DNA of 64,000 nucleotides from Macrostomum hystrix (Eukaryota; Animalia; Platyhelminthes), in NCBI GenBank assembly GCA_950097015.1, contig CATNEN010000034.1:5642001-5706000 (forward strand), written 5' to 3'. How positions within the stretch are numbered: the first letter of the stretch is position 1; each line of letters begins with the position of its first letter. Positions 36,301 through 49,380 of this stretch are shown one piece after another. The translations under genes were made by a program, and so were the position numbers. Under the pieces are notes generated by a model. It saw only the letters and a program-made list of their open reading frames with translations. It ran no database searches and was not told the DNA's origin.

Positions 36301-36684
36301 GCATTAGAGATTCGCATAGTGAAGAGTGAGATCTTACATGGAAGACCACATTTTAATAGCTGAGTCTGGGCGAGATCTGGGTGATGTCTATCATGTAGAG
36401 ACCCAAGAATCATAGTTAGCTCATCCACCTGAGATACCTGGGGGATAAACTCCAAGACTTACACGGCGTGAGATCTCACAGATATGCCTGTCAGCTATAC
36501 CTGCGTATAAATTGAATACGCCATGCGATCTGAGGTTCGATTCTTCAATATAAAAAGACATAAACAAACCAATTGATATTATCAGTTCACAGATGAAGCA
36601 TTAACTGCCAACGCCCTCGTAGATCTCATCTTGCAATGTCCTCTCCCACTCCCGGCCTCTTGCCGAAACTGGTTATTCCCACAC

Positions 36685-37000
36685 GGCCAGCCAATAGGAG
36701 AGCCGGCTCCCAAATGCTGCCGGTGCCGGGGGAACTTTGCTCATTGGCCCCCCAAGCCCCGGCAAGCAACCCCACTGGCGTCGCCTGCCCCGGGCCCTGA
36801 TCCCCTGGCCTCCCGCGCGTGGCCTCCCCAACCAACCAACTCACTGGCGCACCTGCTGCGTTCCCAACATTTTCCCAGTCGCGTTGGCCTCATGCCCCAC
36901 TCTTCGGTTGGCGCCCCTAACCGTCTCAAAACACCACCAACCCCTCCGCTCCTCCCCGCTCCCTCTCTCGCTCTGAAAATCTCCCCTTTAAAAGGAGTCG
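36685..37000 (+). promoter_or_regulatory. Probable proximal promoter of the nuclear receptor gene
   Basis: GC-rich island with CCAAT (36691), ATTGG (36743) and TATA-like TTTAAAA (36987), ~100 bp upstream of the ATG at 37084. Confidence 0.35.
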
Positions 37001-37083
37001 GGGCCGTGCTCTGCTCGCTGCCACCAAGCAAGCCTGAGACTTCGACAATCCGCAATCAGCTAAACAGCCAATCAGCCTGCACC

Positions 37084-40000
37084 ATGCGACTCGGCTATCA
37101 AACTGCCGCCCGACGACATCCCGCGTCGGTGTCTGTGGAGAGCGTCGGAGAAGCGACGATGGGATCGCCGTCGGGCGAGTCGCTCCTGACGGGCATGGAC
37201 GGCGGCAGTATGCTCAAGACGCCTGGTGAGTTTGACTGCTCAAATCTCCGAGCCACTGTGGCTCGAGTCGCTTAGCATTCTTTGATTTGTGACATTTTTT
37301 GAGAGCGACCGACTGACTGCCAATGCCAATACGGTTATAACAAACTTCCTTCCGCTGCAAACTCCCCAAAAAATCAAAGTCGCGTCGCGTGTTCGATGGG
37401 AATTTGAACCCCTCAATAAATTTGTCCAAGAGATAATAGGCGTTGCGCTGTGCAAGGCGTGGCGCGTGTGCCTAGGTCTTTGTGCGCAATAGAAGCTCTT
37501 GACTCAGTGGAGCGGAGATAAAGACCGGCTACGCTAATATTCCCCATTCAATGCGGCACTGGCGCTGGGTATTAGAAGTTATTAACACGTCCTTCAATAC
37601 AACGCCTTGCACAAAGCAATGAAGCGTATCTATATAGTCAGCACACATGGGAGTGGCTGGGCAGTTCAATAAGCTAAATTGACAAGAAGCTTTCATATTA
37701 GCCTAATACGCCGATTTCACACCTACTGTGCGATAACAGATGTGCGGAGGTCGGGTTATCACTCATGCCTGACTGCGGATTCGCAGCACGACAGCTCAAC
37801 AGGTGTCTAGCACAGACTTCTGACCCAGAGGTCGGGAGTTCGCCTAGGGAAACTTTTTGTAGAAATTCGAGTGTTTGTGCGAACCCCAACGCGGACTGAA
37901 CAGTCCTTTAGAACAGCCGCGGCTGTACCGTGTCTGTCATCTCAACTTTTATTATACGCACTCTCAAAAAATGGATATCTAATTGTTTAACTTTTCCAGA
38001 CTCTCCGAATGTCCTCATCAACAACAACAGCATCCTTGGGAACGCGGGCGGCAACGCACCAACTGGAATCAGCGGCAGCAGCGGCGGTGGCGGCAAGAAG
38101 CTGGACGCCCTGTGCCTCGTGTGCGGCGATCGAGCCTCCGGGAAGCACTACGGCGTTCTCAGCTGCGACGGCTGTCGGGGCTTCTTCAAGCGGTCGGTGC
38201 GCCGCAGCCTTGAGTACTCCTGCAAGGAGTCCAACGCGTGTCCGGTTGACGTGAACCGAAGGAACCAGTGCCAGGCCTGTCGATACAAGAAATGCCTGCA
38301 GGTCAAGATGAACCGAGACGGTAAGCTCACAGCAAATCGAGATTTTCTCTCAGGTTTTATCGCGCGAACTCGAAGGACAAAGGCTGTGCAGTGTCACCCC
38401 ACCACCGCCTCGAAATCTGAGTTAGGTCGTTTGTGATTTCAGTTTTTTACCCCACCTCCACGGCCTTGCCTTGCCATGGCACCCCGCGACTTAATCTGCA
38501 ATGTTAACCCACTACAAACATGCTGTGGAATCAGAGAGGCAGAGACCACGCAGGGCGCATATTTTAATCGGGGTCGGGAGCCCGCTTGGCACCAATCTTT
38601 CCTGACTGTACCCTCCCCTAGCCGAGCCGCAGCGTAATCAAACTCGCAATCCCCGAACAAGAGAATCGAAAGAGCGGCCGTGGCGCCGACACCTCAGTGG
38701 CACCTGGCAGGTTCGCACAGGATCAGTCAGTGGGGCGGCTTTAGCTATAGCTATACTAGCACACGGCCTTTATCAGGCAATCCACCAGCTAGACCATGTC
38801 TGTCGCACTGACTGTGGCCTGCAGAGCACACTGCGACATGGGCTGAGCACGCGAAGTGGTCGCTGAGCAAACTGATCCATTAGTAAAGGGCTTGTGGGAT
38901 TTTATGGCAATCTCTGCAGTTTCTTATAGTTAAGCCTTCTGTGGGCAAGGAATGGGGAAATTCATTAGACATGCCGTGGATAAACATCACGGCCAACAGG
39001 AACAGCGTGCAGGTGCAGGGGATTAAGAGGCTGTTGAAAGGAATCCCAACCAACTTCCTAACTCCAAAGAGGCAAAATCCCGCCAATAAGATTGTGGGAT
39101 CTTTCAACACCAGCCCTGTGGATCCCATTTCAAATGTCTGCTGTTTGCTATAGCGCTGCTGTAACGGGAGATGAAGAGGCAAATAATCACTGCATGGGTG
39201 ATTTTTTTTCGATTTGTGTTGGCTGGAACCACGAGCCGCCGCGTGACCTACGGCACTTGGCCTGGTCTGGTATGCAACAGGCTTCACAACGCCACGCATC
39301 TCATGAGCTCATGAAATGCTCAGACACGCCTGATTGCCGCTACATGCGTCTATATGACTGGATGGTTGTGCCGCTGCAGATCACCCAGTTTTTGGTCATG
39401 CATGAATGTGTGTGTCTGGTGTGCTGTGTCTTGAGCTCGTCTCATTCGAAGTTTAAACTGTGTGAAGAGCTAAAATTCTGATGAAGGAGTATAGATTTAC
39501 TGTCAACAGAACGTGTTCCAATAGTTATCATTAGGTCTCAATTCGTCAGTTATCTATCTATTTAAGCATCAATGCAAATCGACACGCCTTATAGGGAGGC
39601 TTAGACCTACAATACGATTATCAAACAGTTTGCAATGTCCATATTGGATCGCAGGTGGCTCGCCGTGTCCCTCAGGCAGGTCAGCCCAGATAAGCATGTG
39701 TGTGATGCATGAAGGCTGTGTGTGTCTAATGTATCAGATAGATCACCAGCCTCTTCTACTAGTAGCAAACAATGAGAGTCGCCATTTCTGAGTAAACAGA
39801 CTTTTCCAAAGACATGTTTCCAATTCTTTATTAAATATGACGATAGGACACAATTTTCCCACGTGGTTCAAACTAGGAACCTCACACAAAGAATTGCATC
39901 TGACACAAACTGGTGATTAAGGCAGTCAGTTTGAAAGAAATAGACTATGTCGCATCCTTGGGCAGCTGCAGGCGGGCTTTTTGATTGGGCGCTGCCTAGC

Positions 40001-43000
40001 TGGGTAGTTGCCATGCGGTGTCTGCATGAGCTCTTGGAGCAGGCTAATTCAGTCCGCCCACAATGCCATCAGCAGCAGCAGGTCCCTAAGCCCACTTATC
40101 TCAGGATGCAGTGGGTAGGGTGGCCTGGAGTGCTCATCCCCCCAGTGACAAGCAGCGAGTCAAATGTTTGATTTTTTCACTGCAAGCCATTCAGAATGCA
40201 CTCAGGACTGGCAGTAAATACTCGCTGCCGCAGCCCGGTGTCCTTGTTTAAGAAGCTGCATTAAACAGGAGAGCGCTCGGCCCTTCGAGTACTGGGTGGG
40301 GGCGCTGCGTCAGTCAGTCAGTCAAAGTCAATTGCTGCCTGAGACGAGTATAGGAGAGGCATTGCATGGAGTGGCGCGTTACACAGATGCCCGGTGGCCA
40401 GCGCAGGGTCCCGCCCTGTCTTATAGAGGCCCCACTCGACAGCGAGTGATCGACACGGCCCTGTTCTCATCCTGTCACACTCCATCTATACTTTTCTGCT
40501 GCTTGGGGACAATTCAAGTGGGCTTTGGCTAACACGACCACCAGATCCGCCTATCCCTTAACAACCTAGTAACCGCCCAGCAACTAGAACTGCAGTGCTG
40601 AGAATGCAAAATTGTCACACAGTTGCAGCATTTAATGGGATTTGAATTTGAGGATTTCTATAGTGCGGACGATTCTATGGACTATGAAAGAGTTCAATGA
40701 AAGGTACTGTGAGATGTTTCGGCCGAAAAGCAGAATGAATTCCAAGCTATTTTTTCTTTTCAATATTCTCTCAAATATTCAGCTGATCCGGAATCGAACC
40801 CATTTCCCTTCCCGTAATTCCAGCTGTCCAGCACGAGCGCGCGCCCCGTTGCTACGGCTTATCCAAGCAGGACAGTCCGGACTCGCTGATTTTCACACCT
40901 AATCCAGCAGGTGCTGGCTCTGGCGGCTTCCGGCACATCAGCAGCGGCGGTGGCGGCGGCGGCGGTGGCGGAGCCCTGCCTCTTGGCATGAGCGGCGGTG
41001 GAAACATCTTCGAGGGCCTGTTTCCCGCTGCCTTCGGTGGCCTGGACCGGCAACGGTAGGGGGGGGGGTTGAAATCTTCGCGGGATCAATAAAGAATTAA
41101 TCGCATTCTTATCCATCCACCACTGCAGCAGCTGCGCACTAAATCTAAATCTTAGACGGGCAAAGAAAGAATCTACACTGAGAGTGTGAAAACAGATTAA
41201 CGATAGACTCCGTGAACAGGCTCAGGTTAGAGGGGCCAGTGGCCGATCAATCAGTGAAAAGCGCCAGCAATTAGCGGGACCTCGGATCATAAAAAATGAG
41301 CGCGGCAATTTGGCGCCAACAAGTACCTTCGCTTGCTTCAGCTTGCCTATGAAAACTGATTCAATTTGAGAGAAAGTTGCTTTTTTACCTAGTTAATCAG
41401 AGTGTCGCCAGATTCCATCCTGTGCTCCTAGAGGTGAGGGCCCTCGAAGGTCGTGGGAAAAATCGGCGCCAAGAGCCGCAATCGTGGAGCAGAAATTATG
41501 GGAAGAAATTTTAGCACGTCTCTCCTTCTCCCCAATGCGAATACGCAATGCTTAGCGGCGTGGCTCCGGGTTGGGATAAGATGCTCGCATTCTTGTTCCA
41601 GTGCGAGCTTCTTTGGGATCAAATATTTATAGCGGGAGCGCCGCTTCGCCTGACCACTCAGACCTCCGCATTGATTGACAGGACCAGAGAGATGAGTTTG
41701 TGCGCAATTGTGAAAGAAAAGCTAGGCCCAGACACTGAGCAATATCATCTCTTCGGCAGGCCCAGAATAACTCGAACAATTGCTAATTTCCCCCTTTCCA
41801 GACTCTCAGCGCTCTACCATCATCATCACGCCCAGCATCCGGGCTTTAACGCTGCAGCCGCAGCCGCAGCGGCTGCTGCTGCTGCAGCTGCCACAGCCTC
41901 AGGCAGAGGAAGCGGCATTGGAAACCGCTCCACGCCCGGAGCAACTCCGCCGCCACCTCCGCCGGCCCTGCCGCCGCACAGCCTCCTGACGCCGACTTCA
42001 ACTCCGTCAGCAGCGGGGCAGCACCAGCTACTGCCACTGGCTGGCCATCACCTGCTGTACGGTCAGGGGCCTTCGCAGCCGCCACCGCCCTACTTCCCGC
42101 TGCCGTTCCCGATGCCGCACCGTCTAGATCCAGCCTTCCTGCTGCATCACACTGCCGCCGCCGCAGCCGCCGCCGCCGCAGCCGCTGCCGCCGCATCCAG
42201 TGGCTGCAACTTCCCAACGGGTCTACCGACGCCGCCGTCGACTTTGCAGACACCGGTGCCAACCACAGCAACCAGTAGCGCTAGTGAGCGACGCCGTCGA
42301 TGCGACGATGACAGCAGCGTCGCTAACGGAGGTGGCAGCGAGAATCATCTGGACCTTCGCCTGCCGGCCAAACGATCAGACTCGTCTCCTCCAACCAAGC
42401 TGCCGAAAACTGAGGCCGCAGAGGAGCGCGCAGGAGACGCAGCCGCAGCCGGGAGCGTTGAGACAAGCTCACCACCCGTTCAGCCGCCTCCGCTGATGGA
42501 AGCCGACGGCTTGTCGGCCCGCCTGCTACAGATGAGCATCCGCTGGGCCCGCAGCCTTCCTGGCATGGCCTGCCTCAGCCAGCAGGATCAGCTGCGGCTG
42601 GTACGCCACGCCTGGCCTGAACTTCTGCTGCTGATGGCCTCCCAGTTCGCCCTGCCGGCTGATTGTGAGTGCTGCAGAATTTCGAATGCTTTTCGGGGTA
42701 GAAAATATGTGGCCTCTAGGTAATTAACGGGTTAGCAAATTTCCACCTGAAACGAGTTTTGCCGTTAGAGAATTTAGCACCTGGAGAAGTGGCTCCAGCT
42801 TGCTGAGCTCTGATGTCTGATGCGTTGTTATCGCCAAAAAGGACAGTCAATTGTGCTGCTGAGAGTCCCAGGCACTTAGCTAGAGAGACAGAGACACCGA
42901 TAATGCTAAGAGACGAGTGGCCAAGTTCGATTTGTGCCCGAGGCAAAAGCCATTAGACCGCTGCCGCAAGGTCCTTGTGTGTCCGAGTCACGGCATCTCG

Positions 43001-44140
43001 ACTCGGAGGCGACACCGGCAGGAGTGCGCGTTGATATTTTTCAGCCGAAGCCGCTGAAATCTCTCGTGCTGTCCCACGAGGAAGTCCTGGGAACCCGGCC
43101 AGATGAGCTGCATACCCCAAACAGCCCCGTCCTGACATCCATCTCCCCCCCCGCTTGTAATCCCCACCGTCACCTCTTCTACCCGACGCTATCTATCTTC
43201 GGCGTGTGAGTGAGGCGGGGTCGATGCGCCCGGTCTTGTTGTTCTCCAGTCGATTAGCTCAAGTGGCTCTACGCTTCACTGAGGCTGCCTGGCTGGGACT
43301 TGGCCGTGTTTTTTCTAATGTGCTTTTTTAAGAACAGTTTTCCGGAACAATTTTTAGGAAATCTAAACAGACTAATGACTCCTTTTGAATTTTTCTCCGA
43401 CAGACCTACTCAGCGAGCGCGGCCGTCAGCTGGCTGCGGAAGGCGGCGCCGAGCTGGCCAACACTCTACGAAATCTTCGCCGACTAGTTTGCCGCATCAG
43501 CGAGATGCAACTGGACCTGACGGAGTTCGCCCAGCTGCGGTCCGTGGCCCTCTACCAGACTGGTGAGCGAATGGGAGACTCAGGAACACGCATAGAATAC
43601 CATTTTAAGCTTTCACCTCTCGCACCAAGGTCCCTGAGCTCGGATCCGCGGTGAGGCCACTTTTATTTGGGGCGCAGCCGCGGAGAGAAGACTTTGGGGG
43701 CGGACTTGTGACGTGAAATTTACGACTTAAGGGCCAAATTCCAAGGCACACTGAGAGTACACAGCGTGATAATCGAAAACTCTGGGCAGATGCACACAGT
43801 TTTGTGTGAATGATATTTTTTTTCGAACCCCTCCCTCGACTATTTCCTAGACGCCAGCGATCTGTCGGCTCGAGATCAGCTGACCGTGGAGGCACACCAG
43901 AGCCAGGCCGTGGCCGCTCTGGAGGAACACGTCGTTTCCGGCCGACGCGGCAACCGCGCAGGCGGCAGCGGCCGTCTGGGCCGCATGTTCACATTGCTGC
44001 TGAGCATCAAGGCGCTGTCGAGGCCGGCTCTAGAGGAGCTATGCTTCCAGGATCGCCTGCCGTCCGGGCAGCGTCTGGAGAAGCTGCTGAGAGACTCCGC
44101 GTCACTGCCTCTGCTGCCGCTGGTGGGAGGCGGCGTCTGA
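37084..44140 (+). CDS. NR2E6: NR2E-class (PNR-like) nuclear receptor, ~668 aa; exons 37084-37225, 38000-38320, 40824-41055, 41802-42664, 43404-43562, 43851-44140
   Basis: [34 protein letters not shown]...[13 protein letters not shown] with T-box [28 protein letters not shown]...[16 protein letters not shown] and AF-2-like LEKLLRD. All five introns are GT-AG with matching phases (1,1,2,1,1); total 2007 nt in frame. The NR2E6 subtype is assigned from the remembered DGCRG P-box and needs phylogeny. Confidence 0.92.
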
Positions 44141-44332
44141 AGCTGCTGACTGCCATCGAACTGGACCTGCGTACACACACATGCCCTTGATTATTTGATA
44201 CATTTCCAACCCATGCGATTTGCTGACACTTTTCTGTTTTTTACTGACACCATTTCCGTAATTTTTGTCACAACTCCGATTTTTCTTAAACGAGTGTCAC
44301 ATTGCAATTGTCAGACACTCCCTTACGTTATG

Positions 44333-44810
44333 TGACTCTCCCTCACAATCTCTGAGTCTCCCTCACATTCTCTGACTCTCCCTCACATTCTCTGACTCTC
44401 ACTCACAATCTCTGACTCTCCCTCACAATCTCTGACTCTCCCTCACATTCTCTGACTCTCCCTCACATTCTCTGACTCTCACTCACATTCTCTGACTCTC
44501 CCTCACATTCTCTGACTCTCCCTCACATTCTCTGACTCTCCCTCACATTCTCTGACTCTCACTCACAATCTCTGACTCTCCCTCACAATCTCTGACTCTC
44601 CCACACAATCTCTGACTCTCACTCACAATCTCTGACTCTCCCTCACAATCTCTGACTCTCGCTCACATTCTCTGACTCTCCCTCACAATCTCTGACTCTC
44701 CCTCACAATCTCTGACTCTCCCTCACATTCTCTGACTCTCCCTCACAATCTCTGACTCTCCCTCACAATCTCTGACTCTCCCTCACAATCTCTGACTCTC
44801 CCTCAAAATC
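44333..44810. repeat. 20-bp minisatellite, ~24 copies
   Basis: Unit TCTGACTCTCCCTCACA(A/T)TC, just downstream of the nuclear receptor stop codon. Confidence 0.97.
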
Positions 44811-46009
44811 TTAAAACTTTTCGTTGCAAGAAATGTTCTTATTGAATGAGTGATGATACTATTTGACCTGTAAGTAGTGTTTTCAAACGATGCCCAATGA
44901 CCGTGCATTGGTTCCACATTATAAAATCCTAAACTCAACTTTTCGTCACGATGAGCATCAAGACTGGATCCACTGACAATACTTTAACCCTGTAATTCGT
45001 TGGACTATTAGTCAAACCGCTATCGAAAATAGATTTTCTCTTTTTGTTTATATGATTTTTTCATCATTTTTTTTGTTTCCTTTACAAATTATTAAAATTT
45101 GAATTGTCCACTTTCTGGTTCCCATTATACTCAAAGCAAGCCGCAAGGTTTGCAAATATGTACATTCTAATTGAACTATTGTGATGTGTTTGTTTGCGTA
45201 TAAAAATATTTAATTGCTAATATTTAGCAATGTCAAGAACCCATTCTGTAGTGTCCTATTTATCGATTAGCGATATCATTAAGAAGGTAGATAATTGCGT
45301 TTATCCGAGTCAAATACACCTTTAACGTCCCTGTCTGTCTGTCTGTTCTATCGGTCATTAGTTTCCTATTGGAATCCAAATCGAATAAAAGTATTCTTCG
45401 TTTGATTTTAAAAGAATTCATTCTAAAAATGAAAGTTTTCAAGAACTGACTCAGATGTGTTGAATATGGTGCACAATTGTGAAGCCCCGCACCATTGTCT
45501 TTCGCTGCGCTGTCAAGTGCCAATCCTCTAAACTTATCAATGAGAAGTGATCCCAAAGTTGTCTATGGGATCTTCTTGAAGGTGTTGGCGACAAGCCCTC
45601 ACAACACACGACTGGCTCACCAAACTGTCAGCCTCTCACCTGACAACCTGCCCACGCGACCAAAATAAGGAAATGCTTCGTTGTCAAGCAAGGATAAAAA
45701 AACTTATTTTCTAGAGGCTTAAAGAGGGATTGGGACAGTTCGCGCGCGTGTGCTCAAAGGATGAGTCGGGATATTTGCCCTAGGATTCGGGATCAATTTT
45801 TTTCTCCAGGTGTAGAGTCGAGTGCTTCCTCTCAAATAGATAGTTGCTACCTGGGCTAAAAACAAAAATTCATATTTGATCCATTCAGCTATCAGTCTAG
45901 ACCCCAACTCTAGTCTGGTCTCGTGACAGTTGCAGTTCTTCGACAGAAACTTCGTCAGCAAAATTTAAACTATACCCACTGCCAATCATAATTTGAGGAT
46001 AAAATTGCT

Positions 46010-46305
46010 CACTTAACCCTAATGGGCCGCAGGTTACAGGTCAGCAGCTATTCAAAGGCAGTGTACAAGTTTTCAGTCCGTGGACTGGAGAAGCTGCCAC
46101 CCACCCATAGTTTCTTACCCCGCTGATGCTGGTACCTATTTTACAGCTGGGTAAAGCTGAAGCATTGAAGAGTTAAGTACCTTGCTCAGGGGCCGATTGC
46201 TAAATTGCTAAATTGTGTCTCTCGGGATGAGATTCTGGGATTCGAACTCATGACCCATCGGTTCATCGATCAATCCCGATCTAAAAGCGCCAGCTTTGTT
46301 AGTTT
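46010..46305 (-). mobile_element. tRNA-derived SINE with a CORE/MIR-like central domain
   Basis: Minus-strand B box GAGTTCGAATCCC. The plus strand reads CCTATTTTACAGCTGGGTAAAGCTGAAGC...GAGTTAAGTACCTTGCTCAGGG...GGGATTCGAACTC, resembling the MIR core (CCATTTTACAGATGAGGAAACTGAGGC...GTTAAGTGACTTGCCCAAGG...GGGATTCGAACCC). Confidence 0.7.
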
Positions 46306-49192
46306 ATCAGGCCAATAAAACACAAGGCTGCTAACAAAGGTTAGTTGTGGTCACAAAGAACTCAGGCAAAACGCAGCTAAATTTATACAGCGCTGACAGA
46401 AGCTGCCGCGGCAAACAATGACAAACTCCAAGCAGCTGCTCGACTTGATGTTTGCCAAAAGCCCCAACCCTAGCTTCTAGCGTGAGAATTTCGCAGACTA
46501 AAGTCATCAGCAATTGCCTATAGCTGATATAATTGTGGCGCTTAACTTTTCAATTCAAACTTATACAGACTCAATTCTTAGGTCGCAGTGTTTACAGCAC
46601 ACGCTTTGCCGCCTCTGCCGATTGCCTTATTATAACAAACGATCGCACGGGTTGGATTCAAATTCGCGAGCATATACAGTAGCCACTGCTGTGTTCCAAC
46701 CAGCTCCACACGTGTCAGCAGTGAACTGAGCACACACAACAGAGCGGGATGCTGCTTCTGCCTTAATTAGGGCGGCCCAGCCGCTCTCGGCAACAGCAGC
46801 CCCGATGTTTGAGCTGCCCACTTCACTGGGAGAGCTAGGCGCCGTGTGCGCGACACACAAACACACGACGAAACCAATGAGCAAACCCTGCATGACAGAG
46901 CAAATCCCTCTCTCTCTCTCAGCTGAAGTGTAGAAAGCGGGTGCCGCATAATGTCTGAAGGGCGGCTTTACGACTCTCACCCTTCTCAGTCTTTGGCTTG
47001 CTTTCTCCCCATTCGCGTTAACTGCAACATGTTTGCTGACAGGGGCGCGCTGGTCGTCTTCAGCAAAGAAACGAAGCGGAGGAGAAGAGTAAGCCGGTGA
47101 AGTGTCGGATTAGGAGTTTTAGCAGCTGCGGATGAGAACTGACCCATCGGGAGCCTTTTGGCCCGGAACTGCAGTTTCATTCGCTATGCAACAAGTGTCA
47201 GGCAGCGGGCCTGTGAGCTGACTTGAGTCTGGGATCCGGGCACGCAATTATTATTGTGATTATGAATATTGCTCAGCGCCTCAAGACTCCTTCATGAAAA
47301 GTTGATGCAGGGAGCAACAGCAGCAGCAGCAGCATCATTGCCATTGTGGGGAGCGGAGAAGCGACTGGCTTAAGAGCTCGCTCTTGTCCTCATTAGCTGG
47401 GGCTGCAGTCCGACTCAGGCCAGTTGAAGTGGCCAGCCTGGAGGCTCCGTGCAGCAGCTCACATGATCTTCAGAGGGCCAATGCTGCCTGCCCTAGCGGG
47501 ACAAGAAGACAGTCTGGGAGGAAGAAGAAGATGATTATGCAGGGGAGGCTATGGCGCATTGTTCTGGAGTCTCTCTGTCCGCTATAGAAACACTGCGGCC
47601 TCCGCAGCTAACGGTGTGGAAATGGGAGAAAACACAGCTCTCCCTGTGCACCCCCTGCTGAGGGACCCCCCGGCTGACTTCTCCTCTTTAGTCAGGGAGC
47701 AAAGCAAAATGCGACCAATTTTCTAGCACTCTGCGGGGGTGGGGCTGAGTTTCTCATCCGCTCCAGCTCTTCTCTGGTACTGCCGTCATCATTCAATGGA
47801 AGCTGGCCCTGCTGCCGCCCCCGTCCGTCCATTTGAGTGTGTGTGTGTGTGTGTGTGTCCATTTCTTATGCTAGGAGAAGCTGCAGAGAAATTCAAAAGA
47901 CAGACCAGAGAACCAGAACAAAACAGCAAGGCAAGTTTTATTGTCTCTCTCAGTGGAGGCCACCGCAAAGCTATTTTTCGTTCCTAACAGAGCCTCAAGT
48001 GCCTGGTTTAGGATTTTTTAAAGGCTTTAGAACTAAGAGAAGGTTTTTAATAAGAAAAAAATGAAATTCTATCACTAATAATGAATTAAAACTCTAAGCA
48101 TTGCTCCAGGATATAATGGACGGTCTTTAACCACTTATCGAGGTATCGAATTTAACTCTACGAGACACGCCAGGGCTCTAGTTTAGCGCGCAAGCCACTG
48201 AACCAGTTCGACGGAAGCCATGTTTTGCCCGACAACAACACTCGGAAATTGAGGGAGATGGAGTGGGGATAAGCGGGAAGACTTGAATAGATGGAGTGGA
48301 AAAATAAAATACTGGTGGAATCTGTGAGTGCCGTCATCCTCCAACCAGCACTTGTGCTAATAGCCCTGCCGTGTAGTTCCCACCGTTGACTGTGCTCACA
48401 CCAACCTGAGAGGCTTGAGTTCTCAACTTCTTATCCTCTGGGCGGCCTTTTAACTTTCGCGCAAGCGGATGCCCGGCTGAGCGCGGCATTTTCCGCCGTG
48501 GCGGCTTGTTTTCCTAGAAAACAGGCCGTTTCTAAGAAAAACAACAGACTGCGGTGGAAGTATCAACACATCCGGGCGGGGTGGGCCGGCGACCCTTGCA
48601 ATTTGAGGCCTGATTTTTTATTCCATTGTGAAAACATACCGTAGCTGTTTTCCTTCTTCAAAAAAGCAGACGTGTCACCAGAGGGCAGGGGTTTTGTCGC
48701 GTTCTACTATTTACTCACTTTTTATTTTACGAGTTAGACGCCTTTGTTGCGCTCAACTCGGCAGGTCAAAACAAGCTGATTCTTAAAAAGAATAAGAGAC
48801 ATTTCACAGCGTTCTACTGGCAGTAGTGTCGCTAGCGTCTGGAGGAGAAATATGCAAAATTAATAGAAACTTCTTAAAGTAAAAAAATCGAGATACTTCA
48901 TAAAGGATGTTAGTTGCAAAATTTTAGTAATACTCAATTGGATTGCAATGAGCAATCTGAGTACATTTGCCAACTCACTTTGAGATGCCAAATGCATGAC
49001 ACATCGGTAAATTGTGCATACTCTCGCTGATAAACACTTTCAGTATCACAGAAATTGTCCTCACAAAAAGTTTAACTTTTATTTTAAACAGATTTCAGTT
49101 AAAATAATCAAAACGCCGTCATACTACTGCTTGACAGGTAGTTAGTAGTAAGCATATAATCCAAGCTAGCTTAGGCCAGACCTGTCTGCCAG

Positions 49193-49348
49193 TCAGACCA
49201 CAATGGCCCCAGGCACGCGGAGTGTCTGAGTCGCCTTCTCATTGCCCCGCTGCGACTCCTCGATGGCCGATGGCAGGCGGCGGTGCCACGGTGGGTCCAG
49301 CGCGGAATCGTGATCTGCTGTCAGCCGATTCGAACCCTCGCCACCGCC

Positions 49349-49380
<32 letters not shown>

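Noticed and set aside
36631-37083. N-terminal part of the 214-aa ORF 36631-37275
   Set aside because: GC-rich promoter-like sequence that is open by chance; only the part from ATG 37084 to the donor at 37225 fits the receptor model.
40311-40330. CAGTCA-AAGTCA as an autoregulatory NR2E response element in intron 2
   Set aside because: It arises from a (CAGT)n microsatellite, has only one perfect AAGTCA half-site and lacks DR1 spacing.
48230-48620. GC-rich segment as a structured ncRNA (snRNA, MRP, SL RNA or ribozyme)
   Set aside because: No Sm site, hammerhead core or other recognisable conserved box was found by eye.
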